This document shows positions 1 through 9,745 of a stretch of DNA of 64,000 nucleotides, in pieces. Numbering within the stretch: position 1 is the first letter of the stretch; every line of letters starts with the position of its first letter. Location: positions 41,715 to 105,714 of the forward strand of contig CAKSKV010000004.1 of assembly GCA_934465535.1 (NCBI GenBank), read 5' to 3'. Below the pieces are notes generated by a model, which saw only the letters and a list, made by a program, of their open reading frames with translations, did no database searches and was not told where the DNA came from. Origin of the DNA: an uncultured Clostridia bacterium. GTDB lineage: Bacteria > Bacillota > Clostridia > Christensenellales > QALW01. Made by a program: the position numbers and the translations under genes.

Positions 1-48
1 ATATCAATCTTTGAAGACAAAAACTTAAGGTTTTCGGATATCAGGTAT

Positions 49-894
49 ATGAACGATCGTTCCGAAATGGCGTTTTTTGTTAAGCGACTAATTGAATTCA
101 TCACCGACAACGGTGAACAGCATCCTTTTTTCCGAGATGCGGTAAATGAACTTCTTGCAGAGAACAAATACAGCCAAATTTTAGATCTGAGTATAAATAA
201 AATTCAATACAAAGATGTCTATGAGCGCAAAATGATGACCCATCGCACTTTTATTTTCTGTACATGCGATAAGCCCGATTTATTAAATATGTGGAACTAT
301 TATGCATCGGGCGGCACATATTCCGGGTATAATATCGGATTTTCCGTTAAAAATTTTCTAAAAACCTTTGATACCGAGCAAGAAAGAAAACTTGACAGCT
401 TCGTAGTATACTACGGGCATGTTCTTTATGATAAAAAGAAGCAATATGAAGCTATTGATGAATTAGCCCGAAAAATTGAAAAACAATTCGGTCGGGATAA
501 AAAAATAAACCATGCAGCCATCACCATCCGGTGGTATATAGAACAGCAGGGAGCATTTTTTAAGGACGACAGTTTCTCTTCCGAAAAAGAGTATAGATTC
601 CTTCTCTCAATAGCTGACAACAGAATTCCGTACAATGAAGAGGATGCGCAAAAGTATTTTGGAAAGTATAATAAGAAATTGTGTGAAAAGTTTTACGACA
701 GAAACGGCGTTATTGTTCCGTATATGCAGGTAGCAATACCGGAAAACTCCGTTAGCCGCATTACCGTATCCCCTATGACGGAATATGAAATCGCGAAGAA
801 CAGTATAAAAGAGTTGTTAAAGGCAAACGGAATTTTCAGCACAACTAATAAAGAGGTTGCAGTCTATAAATCAAACATACCGATAAGATTTTAA
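49..894 (+). CDS. DUF2971-like hypothetical protein
   Basis: 281-aa ORF in visibly AT-rich DNA. The block FIFCTCDKPDLLNMWNYYASGG..GYNIGFS and the later EKEYRFLL match my recollection of the DUF2971 signature. No function can be inferred. Confidence 0.5.
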   Translation: MNDRSEMAFFVKRLIEFITDNGEQHPFFRDAVNELLAENKYSQILDLSINKIQYKDVYERKMMTHRTFIFCTCDKPDLLNMWNYYASGGTYSGYNIGFSVKNFLKTFDTEQERKLDSFVVYYGHVLYDKKKQYEAIDELARKIEKQFGRDKKINHAAITIRWYIEQQGAFFKDDSFSSEKEYRFLLSIADNRIPYNEEDAQKYFGKYNKKLCEKFYDRNGVIVPYMQVAIPENSVSRITVSPMTEYEIAKNSIKELLKANGIFSTTNKEVAVYKSNIPIRF

Positions 895-1179
895 CGCCGA
901 AACAAAAAAGCAGATAATTTTTGCTTATACATAAATCCGTTCCGTTTCGGCCTTTATTGCCCTTTAAGAAGCTGTACCAAAATTCCGCCGCAATGATTAT
1001 TATTAATATCCGACCCCATCGCGCCGTCGCAGCCTGCGCTGCGGCCGGCCCCTCGGCTGCGCCTGCGGGCCCTCCGCCGGCCTTACGGCCGCCCCAAGCC
1101 CCCTTTCGGGCGCTTTGGCCGCAGCTTTCGCCGCCCGCCGCTTTTGTGCGCAAAGCAAACCCATCGCGCCGAGCGCAGC

Positions 1180-1866
1180 TTATTCCCTATCCTGCTTTTC
1201 CTCTGTTTTGTCGTTTGCTTCCGGCTTTTTCTCCTTTGCACGCAGCGCCGTAGCGGTAATGCCGCTTGCAAGCCCTAAAAATACCCCCGCATTCATGCTG
1301 CCCGATATACTGCCGAATACAAAATAGCCTATAAGTCCGCCTATGGCCGCCCCCGCAAGCAGGCATATAACAAACAGCGAGGTTCCCTGCTCCCGCTTGA
1401 GCATAAAGCACCGCTCGTCCTCGTTTTGGCTTTTTTTCTCCGCAAAGCCGCATTCCTTCAAAAAATGCGCCTGCTGCGTGTCCCCGGCAGGGCAAACGGC
1501 AGTCAGCCTGTTCACACCGCTGCTGCGCAGCGCTTCGCCCGTCACCGCTTTGAGGGCTTCAACGGCATACGCCCCGCTTTCCTTAAAGCAGCAGTACACT
1601 TCGGCCTCGCCGCGGCAAAGCTCGCCAAGGCGTATATGCCCCAGCACCTCGCCGTCCTTTGCGGCAGCTATTATCACTCCGGGAAAATGCATTTCCGTGC
1701 TTTCCTCCGGCGCGTACATCTCGGCCAGTATTTTTTTCTCGCTCTCATCAGGGACAGGGCCGTGCAGCCCCTTTGCGGCATAGTAGCCTTGCGTGTTTTC
1801 GGCATATTCCCGCATTTCTTTGCCGCCCGGCTGTATAAGGCGCAGTTCATTTGTATTAAGCTCCAT
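1180..1866 (-). CDS. GNAT-family N-acetyltransferase with C-terminal membrane tail
   Basis: The central region (VLGHIRLGE..AEVYCCF..AVEALKAVTGEAL..FLKECGFAEK) has a GNAT fold pattern. The last ~60 aa are hydrophobic (LFVICLLAGAAIGGLIGYFVFG..) followed by a Lys/Glu-rich tail. Confidence 0.55.
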   Translation of the reverse strand: MELNTNELRLIQPGGKEMREYAENTQGYYAAKGLHGPVPDESEKKILAEMYAPEESTEMHFPGVIIAAAKDGEVLGHIRLGELCRGEAEVYCCFKESGAYAVEALKAVTGEALRSSGVNRLTAVCPAGDTQQAHFLKECGFAEKKSQNEDERCFMLKREQGTSLFVICLLAGAAIGGLIGYFVFGSISGSMNAGVFLGLASGITATALRAKEKKPEANDKTEEKQDRE

Positions 1867-1905
1867 AATTCTTTCGGCTCCTTAAAAAATCCGCATTTTA
1901 ACGCC

Positions 1906-2496
1906 TTATTCTATCATTTGGCGTATTCTCAGCGGTATTCCTATCGATGCGCACAGTCTCTTGCATGCCTCCTGCTCCTCCTCAGGCAGCACATCCACTA
2001 TGCTCATCACCACCTCGGGCACATATTCCTTCACGCTTTTTGCAAACGAAAGCATGGCGTCAAAGCCCGCCTCGCCGTATTTGCAGCGGCAGATGCTCTG
2101 ATACTCCTTTGCATTTGATGCATTCAGGCTTATGCTTACAACATCCACCCCCGCAAACCGCGAAGCCACATCCACCCCCGCAATAAGGGAGGCATGCCCA
2201 TTGGTGTTCACCCGTACTCTGCCGCCCTTGCTTTTTATGTAGGCGACGATTTCCGTCATGGCATCCAGCCTCTCGGTGGGCTCTCCGAAGCCGCAGAACA
2301 CAATCTCGTCATAGGCCTTGGGATCGGGAATAAGGGCTATGACCTCCTTTGGCGACGGCTCGCGCTCCAGCCACAGCTCATAGTCCTCCATTCCGTCGTG
2401 ATTGTTGCGCACACAGAAGGTGCAGCTGTTGCTGCATCTGTTTGTAAGGTTGATATACAGGGATGACCCCAGCTGATAAACAAAGGTATTGCTCAT
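1906..2496 (-). CDS. radical SAM protein, TatD-associated type
   Basis: CxxxCxxC cluster NRCSNSCTFCVR near the N-terminus. It lies directly downstream of tatD, as in the TatD-linked rSAM family (TIGR04038, from memory). Start moved to the internal ATG at 2496 (MSNTFVYQ); the 30 upstream codons are Lys/Arg-rich and unlikely to be coding. Confidence 0.75.
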   Translation of the reverse strand: MSNTFVYQLGSSLYINLTNRCSNSCTFCVRNNHDGMEDYELWLEREPSPKEVIALIPDPKAYDEIVFCGFGEPTERLDAMTEIVAYIKSKGGRVRVNTNGHASLIAGVDVASRFAGVDVVSISLNASNAKEYQSICRCKYGEAGFDAMLSFAKSVKEYVPEVVMSIVDVLPEEEQEACKRLCASIGIPLRIRQMIE

Positions 2497-2671
2497 AAAT
2501 TCTCTCCGTTTTGCCCTAAAAATTTTTCGGCATGTTTTTGATGCGTTTTTTTGATGTTTTTTAATGCTTTTTAACGGTTTTTTCACCGTTTTTCAGCACT
2601 TTTAATTTTTTCAAAACGACACAGACGGCACACTTTTTGCAATTCCGTCAATAAAGCCTTCATTTTCGCCT

Positions 2672-3442
2672 CTATTTTGCGATTCCGAAAAGCCTGCGCG
2701 CGTTTTCGTTTGTAATATCCGCAGCCTCCTGCGGCGATATTCCCCACAGCTCCGCCAGCCTTGCCGCCACCAAAGCCACGCGGGAGGGGTCGTTTCTCTC
2801 CCCGCGGAAGGGCACCGGCGTCATATACGGGCTGTCCGTTTCTATAAGCACGCGGTCCCTGGGCGCGAATTTCGCCGCCTCCGGCGCAAGGCGCGCGCTT
2901 TTGAAGGTAAGCAGCCCCGTAAAGGATATATACAGCCCCATGTCCAGATACTCCCGCGCCGTTTCTTTGCTGCCCGAAAAACAGTGTATAACGCCGTTAT
3001 TTACTCCGCAGCGCCTTAGCAGCGCCAGCATATCGGGCAGCGCGTCCCTTTCATGCAGCACTGCGGGCAGCCCGGTTCGCCGCGCCAGCTCAAGCTGGCT
3101 CTCAAGGGCCGATATCTGCCTTTGCCGCGGCGCTCCCTCATAGTGATAATCCAGCCCTATTTCGCCTATTGCGGCGCATTTCGGCGCTTTTGCAAGCTCC
3201 TCAAGGCGCAACAACGCCTCTGCGCTCATGCTTTCCGTATTGTGCGGAAAAAAGCCGCAGGCAAAGTATATATACCCGAAGCGCCCGGCATAGGAAGCCG
3301 CCTCAAGGCTGCTTTCAAGGTCGGTTCCGCACCAGAGTATTCTGTCCACCCCTTTTTGCGGCAGAGCGGCTATAACCGCTTCTCTGTCGCCGTCAAAGGC
3401 GGCATCGTCCATATGACAGTGTGTATCAAAAAGGTTTATCAT
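2672..3442 (-). CDS. tatD: TatD-family metal-dependent hydrolase (DNase)
   Basis: Canonical TatD blocks: MINLFDTHCHMDD, GEIGLDYHY, VIHCFSGS, LIETDSPYM. Confidence 0.9.
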   Translation of the reverse strand: MINLFDTHCHMDDAAFDGDREAVIAALPQKGVDRILWCGTDLESSLEAASYAGRFGYIYFACGFFPHNTESMSAEALLRLEELAKAPKCAAIGEIGLDYHYEGAPRQRQISALESQLELARRTGLPAVLHERDALPDMLALLRRCGVNNGVIHCFSGSKETAREYLDMGLYISFTGLLTFKSARLAPEAAKFAPRDRVLIETDSPYMTPVPFRGERNDPSRVALVAARLAELWGISPQEAADITNENARRLFGIAK

Positions 3443-4518
3443 TGTCTGATCTTCATATCTCCGTCTTTAATCCAGCCCAGCTTTCTGAAAAGCAGGGTCA
3501 GCGCCCATACCAGCAATCCGGGCAGCAGGAAGTGCAGAATTGCAATTTTTATAAGCACTATCCACCAAATTTCGCCCGCTTCTGTCATAACGGTAAAGGT
3601 TCCGATGCACCCCACCAGCCCGCTCGTTCCCATGCCCGCGCTTATGCCGAAGTTCTTCATTTGGAAAAGCGTGGTGGCAAGCGGCCCCAACACCGCAGAG
3701 ACAATTATGACGGGCAGCCATATTACCGGCTTGCGGCAGATGTTGGGCACCTGAAGCATGCTTGTGCCGATGCCCTGAGAAACAACGCCGCTCCAGCCGT
3801 TATCCTTAAAGGACGCCACGGCAAAGCCCACCATGTTCACACAGCAGCCCACTGTTGCAGCGCCTGCCGCAAGGCCGCTGAGCCCCAGCATTGCGCACAG
3901 CGCGGCGGAAGATATGGGCGCGGTGAGCACCATGCCCACTATAACGGATATTACAACGCCGTAGAATATAGGGTTGCGTTCGCAGGCCATATTTATAAAG
4001 ACGCCAAGCTGTTGGAGCAGCCAGCCGAATACGGGGCTTACAAAGGTTGCAACGGCGCCGCCGGAGAGCAGCACGCCAAGGGGCACAAGTATTATGTCCA
4101 CCTTGGTTTTACCGGCGTACAGGCCGCCGATCTCCGCGCCCACAAGGGCTGCAATAAAGGCTCCGGCAGGGCCTGCCGCCACTGCCGCATCGCCGGCGCC
4201 GTAGGTGGCCACGCAGCCGAGCGCTCCGGTCACGGCGCTTGAAAAAATGACAAGAGGCTTATGCTTCAGACCGTATGCAACCGCAACGCCTATGGCTGCG
4301 CCCACGATCGGGTTGCTCATGGCCATGTTTTTCCCGCCGCTGCTTACGATATCGTTAATAAAGGAGCAATACGGGATCTTGCCCAGCTGCTGAATTATAG
4401 TGCCGATTATCAGGGTGCAGAACAGGCCCAAAGCCATATAGCTCATTCCGTCCAGAAACCATCGGCGCATGAGGCGCACAAACAGGTTTTCTTTTTTTGC
4501 CGTACTGTTTTCCGACAT
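3439..4518 (-). CDS. PTS EIIC-like polytopic membrane protein
   Basis: ~360 aa, Gly-rich, with many hydrophobic helices. By recollection it resembles PTS_EIIC_2-type proteins. Start set at ATG 4518 (MSENSTAKKENLF). Its stop overlaps the tatD start (ATGA). Confidence 0.5.
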   Translation of the reverse strand: MSENSTAKKENLFVRLMRRWFLDGMSYMALGLFCTLIIGTIIQQLGKIPYCSFINDIVSSGGKNMAMSNPIVGAAIGVAVAYGLKHKPLVIFSSAVTGALGCVATYGAGDAAVAAGPAGAFIAALVGAEIGGLYAGKTKVDIILVPLGVLLSGGAVATFVSPVFGWLLQQLGVFINMACERNPIFYGVVISVIVGMVLTAPISSAALCAMLGLSGLAAGAATVGCCVNMVGFAVASFKDNGWSGVVSQGIGTSMLQVPNICRKPVIWLPVIIVSAVLGPLATTLFQMKNFGISAGMGTSGLVGCIGTFTVMTEAGEIWWIVLIKIAILHFLLPGLLVWALTLLFRKLGWIKDGDMKIRQ

Positions 4519-4904
4519 AATACCACCGCCAAATATTTTATTTTTTCGGTCCGCATTCCGGCATTTGTTTTCCGGCTGTCCTCCCGGCGCGGCTGCGCGC
4601 AGGCCTTGCAGACCCCCCATATTATGATATTGCGTTTTTCCGTTTAGTCAAGCGGAATCGCCCCTGTTGCCGGGATATATTTTTTAATGTTTTGCCCTTT
4701 TTGGCATAAGAAGGCGTAATTTCGGGCACTTTGCCGCGGCGGCGCAATTTTTTTGCTTTTTATAACTGCGGCTTCGGGCGGTGAGCGCGGCAGGGGAACG
4801 GTGTTCCCCCGGCACTGCCGTAAGGCAGGAGAAGGGCGCGAGGCTTGCCGAGGGCCCGCCGCGCGCGTAAGCTGCTTTTTGCTGAAAGGTTTGGCACAGC
4901 CCGG

Positions 4905-4933
4905 TTTACAAAGCGTCATAATTATAGTAAAAT
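4905..4933 (+). promoter_or_regulatory. putative sigma-A promoter of the ABC-F gene
   Basis: TTTACA, 17-nt spacer, TAAAAT, about 30 nt upstream of the start codon. Confidence 0.4.
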
Positions 4934-4962
4934 AGGCTTTACTGTTAAGGAGAATGCAAACT

Positions 4963-6843
4963 ATGTTGGAAATTGAGCTTAGGAATCTGTCTTTGGGATT
5001 CGGCGACAGGACGCTGTTTTCCGATGCCCGGTTAAGCATATATACGGGAGATAAGATAGGGCTTATAGGCGCAAACGGCTGCGGCAAGACCACACTGCTT
5101 AGGGCGCTGCTGGAGAAGGAGCCTCAAAACGGGATATACCGTGCGCCCGGTCTGAGCATAGGCTATCTTGAACAGCAGCAGGGGAATTCCTTCACGGGCA
5201 CGGTAAGGCAGGCTGCTTCGGAGGCGTGCAGCGATATTTTTCGCCTTGAAGAGGAGCTTGAGCGTATAAGCGCCGCCATGGCGGAGGCGCAGGGCAGCGA
5301 GCTTGAGCGCATAAGCGAAAAATACAGCCGTATGCACGAGGAATTTGAGCGGCGGGGCGGCTACGGTGTAAACTCCCGTATATTGGGTGTGCTGCGCGGG
5401 ATAGGGCTTACGGATGAGTATTTCGACAGAGATACCTCCGTGCTTTCCGGTGGGGAAAAGGCCCGCCTTGCCATAGCGCGGCTGCTGCTGTCCGGGCATG
5501 ATATTCTTTTGCTGGACGAGCCCACCAACCATTTGGATCTCCGGGCGGCGCAATGGCTTACCGATTTTTTGTGCAGCCTAAAGACCACCGTGCTGGTGGT
5601 ATCCCACGACCGATATCTGCTTGACCGCCTGTGCGGCTCCGTTGCGGAAATATATGCGGGGCGTATGTATTCCTACAAGGGTAATTATACCGCTTTCCGC
5701 GAAAAAACACAGCAGCAGCGCAGACTGCAGGAAAAACAGTATCAGGAGCAGCAGCAGGAGATAAAACGCCAGCAGGAGATAATAAAGCAGTTCCGCTCCT
5801 TTAACCGGGAAAAAAGCATACGCGCCGCGGAAAGCCGGGAAAAGGCCCTTGCACGCATGGAGCTTGTGGAAGCGCCGGAAACCGTAAAGCCCATGACGCT
5901 GCGGTTTACGCCCTTTGTGCACACGGGAAGCGAGGTGCTTGCGCTTAAAGGCATGACGGCGCAGTATCCCGGCAAGCAGCTTATATCCCCCTTCAGCCTT
6001 ACGCTTTTGTCCGCCTCAAGGGTGTGCATAGTGGGGGACAACGGCTGCGGCAAGACCACGCTGCTTGAAAGCCTTTTGGGGCGCAGGGAACATTCGGGCG
6101 AGGTAAAATGGGGCGCAGGGGTAAAAATAGGCTATTATGACCAGCACCATCGCGAGCTGGACCCGGAAAACACGGTGCTGGATGAAATATGGCGCGGCGA
6201 CCGCAGGCTGACGCAGACGCAGGTACGCTCCGCCGCAGCGGCAATGCTGTTTTCGGGGGAGGATGTTTTCAAAAAGGTAAAAACCCTTTCCGGCGGGGAA
6301 AAGGCCCGCACTGCACTTTGCCGGCTGGCACTTTCGGGCTGCAATGTGCTTTTGCTGGACGAGCCCACCAACCATTTGGATATGGACTCCCGCGAGGTGC
6401 TGGAGGAAGCATTGGGCGCATATGAGGGCACCATTATTTGCGTATCGCACGACCGCTATTTTATAAACCGTTTGGCAAGTGAGATATGGCAGATAAAGGA
6501 CGGGGCGCTTACCCGGTATCCGGGCAACTATGACGATTATGTTGCCGCCGTTTCGCCAAAAGCGCAGCAGCAGGAGCAGGCGCCGGTAAACAAAACGGCG
6601 GAAGCAAAAAAGCGGGCCGCCCTTAGGGAAACGCGCCAAGCGCAAAAGCAGCTTAAGCAGCAGAAGGCGGCGCTGGAGGGGGATATTGCCGCCCTCGAGA
6701 AGGAAAAGGGGGAGCTGGAGAATTTGTTTGCCTCCAGTGAAATATATGCCGATACCGACCGTTTAATGAAAAGTCAGGAGCGCTACCGCAGCGTGAATGA
6801 AAGGCTGGAGCAGCTGTACGAAGAATATATGGCACTGGAATAA
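4963..6843 (+). CDS. ABC-F family ATPase (two NBDs, no membrane domain)
   Basis: Two Walker A motifs (GANGCGKTT, GDNGCGKTT), two signatures (LSGGEKAR twice), two Walker B motifs (LLLDEPTNHLD twice), a Gln/Arg/Glu-rich linker and a C-terminal coiled coil. Start set at the second ATG, 9 nt after AAGGAGA. Confidence 0.9.
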   Translation: MLEIELRNLSLGFGDRTLFSDARLSIYTGDKIGLIGANGCGKTTLLRALLEKEPQNGIYRAPGLSIGYLEQQQGNSFTGTVRQAASEACSDIFRLEEELERISAAMAEAQGSELERISEKYSRMHEEFERRGGYGVNSRILGVLRGIGLTDEYFDRDTSVLSGGEKARLAIARLLLSGHDILLLDEPTNHLDLRAAQWLTDFLCSLKTTVLVVSHDRYLLDRLCGSVAEIYAGRMYSYKGNYTAFREKTQQQRRLQEKQYQEQQQEIKRQQEIIKQFRSFNREKSIRAAESREKALARMELVEAPETVKPMTLRFTPFVHTGSEVLALKGMTAQYPGKQLISPFSLTLLSASRVCIVGDNGCGKTTLLESLLGRREHSGEVKWGAGVKIGYYDQHHRELDPENTVLDEIWRGDRRLTQTQVRSAAAAMLFSGEDVFKKVKTLSGGEKARTALCRLALSGCNVLLLDEPTNHLDMDSREVLEEALGAYEGTIICVSHDRYFINRLASEIWQIKDGALTRYPGNYDDYVAAVSPKAQQQEQAPVNKTAEAKKRAALRETRQAQKQLKQQKAALEGDIAALEKEKGELENLFASSEIYADTDRLMKSQERYRSVNERLEQLYEEYMALE

Positions 6844-6897
6844 CGGTTCGTGCCCCGGCTTTGGGGAAGTGCGGCAGAGCCGGACAAAAAGCGCTTT

Positions 6898-6940
6898 AAC
6901 GCCGTCAATGTGCGTCTTTTGCACAGGGACGGCGTTTTTG
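6898..6940 (+). terminator. rho-independent terminator after the ABC-F gene
   Basis: AACGCCGTC..(inner TGTGC/GCACA stem)..GACGGCGTT followed by TTTT. Confidence 0.65.
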
Positions 6941-7184
6941 CGGTTTTATGGGCTGCTTACCGGGAAATATAACAAAAAAATATGCTTTTTTATGCCTTCT
7001 ATATGCGTTTTTTTGTAAAAGTGCGGTGCAAAACGACGGTTTTATAAAGGCGGCCGCAGAGCAGGGCGGGCGCAGCGGGAGAGAAAAAATATATTTTCTT
7101 TTGTCGGGCGGGGGCGCCGCGGACGCCTTTTATATAAAGCTTGCGGTTTTAAGGCTTTTTAACTGTATATACATTAACCATAAA

Positions 7185-8057
7185 TCATACTATGCCCGCT
7201 TTTTTCATAAAGGACTCGGTATTTACAAGGCCGGAGCGGTTATATCTTCCCAGCAGCCACAGCGATTCCGGGTCCCTTGTTACGGTATTGCTTTTTTCGC
7301 TGCAGGAAAGGGATACGGAAAACCCGCATTTTTTTACCGTGTTAAGAGAGCCGCTGCCTATTATGCCGAAGGGGTAGGTGTAGCAGACGGGAACGGTTAT
7401 GCCGTTGTTTTCAAGCTCCTTTTGCAGCTTCATAAGATCGCTGCTTAAGCGTTTATCGTATTGCGCGTCGCTTTCCCCTTTTTTTCTGCCGCTGCCGCGT
7501 ATGGGCTCCAGCTTGTGCATATCGTAGGTATGGTTGCCTATTTCTATACGGCCGCTTGCGTCAAGCAGCCGTATATCGTCATAGGCAAGGTGCGCGTAGT
7601 TGGGGTTTTTATCCCCGCTGTCGGTATAAATGCGCGCAAATTTGCCCACCACCGAAATAAGCGCATTAAAGGAATACTCCTCCAACAGCGGCAGGAGATA
7701 CAGAAGGTTATTGTAGTATCCGTCGTCAAAGGTGAGCATTACGCATTTTTCCGGAAGATCTGCTTCGCCCTTTGCATATTTTACAAGATCCCGCGGCAAT
7801 ACCGAGGTGTAGCCGTGCTTGCGGAGATATTCAAAATCCGCCCTCAGCTGAGCCGGGGTGACTACATATTTACCCGTTCTTGCAGGGTCCTTAAGGATAC
7901 TGTGATACATTATTATGTGCAGCGTTTTCCCGCCGTCCGAGGGCAGATATGCTGCCTGCGTGGTTTCGAAAAGGCTGATGAGCAGCAGCAGTACGGCAAG
8001 CGTCAATACGGCGGCAGGCAGAAACATGCGGCTGAGAATGCAGTGAAATCTTTTCAT
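7185..8057 (-). CDS. polysaccharide deacetylase (NodB-type), membrane anchored
   Basis: N-terminal TM anchor, then NodB motifs MLTFDDGYYN and EIGNHTYDMH. Confidence 0.85.
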   Translation of the reverse strand: MKRFHCILSRMFLPAAVLTLAVLLLLISLFETTQAAYLPSDGGKTLHIIMYHSILKDPARTGKYVVTPAQLRADFEYLRKHGYTSVLPRDLVKYAKGEADLPEKCVMLTFDDGYYNNLLYLLPLLEEYSFNALISVVGKFARIYTDSGDKNPNYAHLAYDDIRLLDASGRIEIGNHTYDMHKLEPIRGSGRKKGESDAQYDKRLSSDLMKLQKELENNGITVPVCYTYPFGIIGSGSLNTVKKCGFSVSLSCSEKSNTVTRDPESLWLLGRYNRSGLVNTESFMKKAGIV

Positions 8058-8359
8058 TTTTCCCTCCGAAGCATAAGGAACAATCCCGGCTGCGCCGCAT
8101 CTGCGGCGCTGTGTGTTTTATTAAAGGCGACTTTATTACGGCAGTTACAGCGGGATTTATAACAGCATTATAACAATATAACAACAAATATATATGCGGA
8201 CGGAAAGACAAATATGCAAGCAAATAATGAATATCCGGCGCGGATAAAACGCATCAAATATAAAAATCAGAAATATAAAAATATAGTGTTGCGCCGCAAT
8301 CATACGATGATTATACAAAAAGCATAAAGCATGCACCGCCGCCCGGCATCCGGCATAAA

Positions 8360-9610
8360 ATGAAAAGCACGCAATACAAAAATATGTATAAGACAGAGCC
8401 TGAATATTTCTTCCGGGAAACGCTGAGAATGCCGGAAGATATCGGGCCCGGAAAGGAGAAGCGCTTGGAGAACATAGGATATTCATACCGTACAACGGGG
8501 CCGGTATGCGCGCTGCTGCAGCTGACGCTTGCGGAGTTGGGCTTTGAACCGGGGCCGCCGGACGGCATATTCGGCCGGCGCACCGAAGCCGCCCTGCGCG
8601 CATATCAGAAAGCCGCCTCCCTGACGGCGGACGGCATTGCGGGCCCTGCCACATGGGAAAGCCTCGAGCCGGTACTGCTGAGCCACGGCGTATATACCTC
8701 TATCCCCTATTCCTCGGCTATATTGCAGTTAAATACAGAGGGCTTGCAGCGGCAGTTTCCGTTTGCGCGCACGGATGCAATAGGCGGCTCGGTGCAGGGC
8801 GTGCCTATTTGGCGCATAAGCCTTGGGGAGGGAGAACGGCGCATAATGATAAACGCCGCGCATCACGCAAACGAATGGATAACCTCCCCTTTGCTTATGC
8901 AGTACATTTTTTCGCTGTGCTCCGGCTTTGAGCAGGACGGCGAAGCGGACGGAGTGCCGGTGCGGGAGCTTTTTGCACGGCTGCGGATGGATTTTGTGCC
9001 CATGGTAAACCCTGACGGGGCGGATCTTGTAACAGGAGAGATACAAAAGGGCAGCCCCGCTTATATGTCGGCACTGGAGATGAACAGGCAGGAGCCGTTT
9101 CCGTCGGGGTGGAAGGCGAACATACGCGGAACGGATCTGAACCTGAATTATCCCGCCATGTGGGAAAGGGCACGCGAGCTTAAGTTTGCAGCCGGCTATA
9201 CCTCGCCCGGCCCCCGCGATTATGTTGGGCCGTTTCCGCTGAGTGAGCCGGAAAGCACGGCCATGGCGGCGCTTACGGTGCAAAGCGGATATTCTCTTTG
9301 CGTAAGCCTGCATACGCAGGGAGAGGTGATATATTGGCAGTTTGAGAATATGGCGCCCCTTCCCCGCAGCCTGGAAATAGGCACCGCCATGGCGGAGGCC
9401 TCCGGATACAGGCTGGATACGCCGGAGGAATTTTCCTCCTATGCCGGCTTTAAGGATTGGTTTATTATGACCTTTGGCCGTCCCGGATACACCCCGGAGT
9501 GCGGGCTTGGAAAAAATCCGCTGCCGATCTCGGATTTTGACGGGATATATGAGCATCTTGCACCGCTGCTTACCGCCGCGCTGCAGGAGGCCGCCTTCGG
9601 AGGAATATAA
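8360..9610 (+). CDS. M14 zinc carboxypeptidase with peptidoglycan-binding domain (gamma-D-Glu-DAP peptidase-like)
   Basis: PG_binding_1-like segment GPPDGIFGRRTEAALRAYQKAASLTADGIAGPATW, then M14 blocks HHANEWIT, MVNPDG, SLHTQGEVIYW. The exact start is uncertain. Confidence 0.8.
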   Translation: MKSTQYKNMYKTEPEYFFRETLRMPEDIGPGKEKRLENIGYSYRTTGPVCALLQLTLAELGFEPGPPDGIFGRRTEAALRAYQKAASLTADGIAGPATWESLEPVLLSHGVYTSIPYSSAILQLNTEGLQRQFPFARTDAIGGSVQGVPIWRISLGEGERRIMINAAHHANEWITSPLLMQYIFSLCSGFEQDGEADGVPVRELFARLRMDFVPMVNPDGADLVTGEIQKGSPAYMSALEMNRQEPFPSGWKANIRGTDLNLNYPAMWERARELKFAAGYTSPGPRDYVGPFPLSEPESTAMAALTVQSGYSLCVSLHTQGEVIYWQFENMAPLPRSLEIGTAMAEASGYRLDTPEEFSSYAGFKDWFIMTFGRPGYTPECGLGKNPLPISDFDGIYEHLAPLLTAALQEAAFGGI

Positions 9611-9654
9611 ATGCTGCTTGCGGGATAATCGGCACGACCGGCAAGGCATAAAGG

Positions 9655-9685
9655 AAAAAGCTCCGAAAAAACTCGGAGCTTTTTT
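9655..9685. terminator. bidirectional terminator between convergent genes
   Basis: AAAAAGCTCCGA / TCGGAGCTTTTT perfect stem flanked by an A-run and a T-run. Confidence 0.7.
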
Positions 9686-9745
9686 GATATATTTGCTTTT
9701 TTGCAGTTTGCATTTTACCTTCTTGCCATCGGGGTTTTGCCCGAC

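Noticed and set aside
1000-1180. GC-rich, hairpin-dense intergenic stretches (also ~4760-4900, 34600-34800, 46960-47110) that might be a REP-like repeat family or an ncRNA.
   Set aside because: By eye they share only composition and short stems with tetraloop-like loops, with no alignable common sequence. I cannot support a repeat family or a known RNA motif without a computational search.
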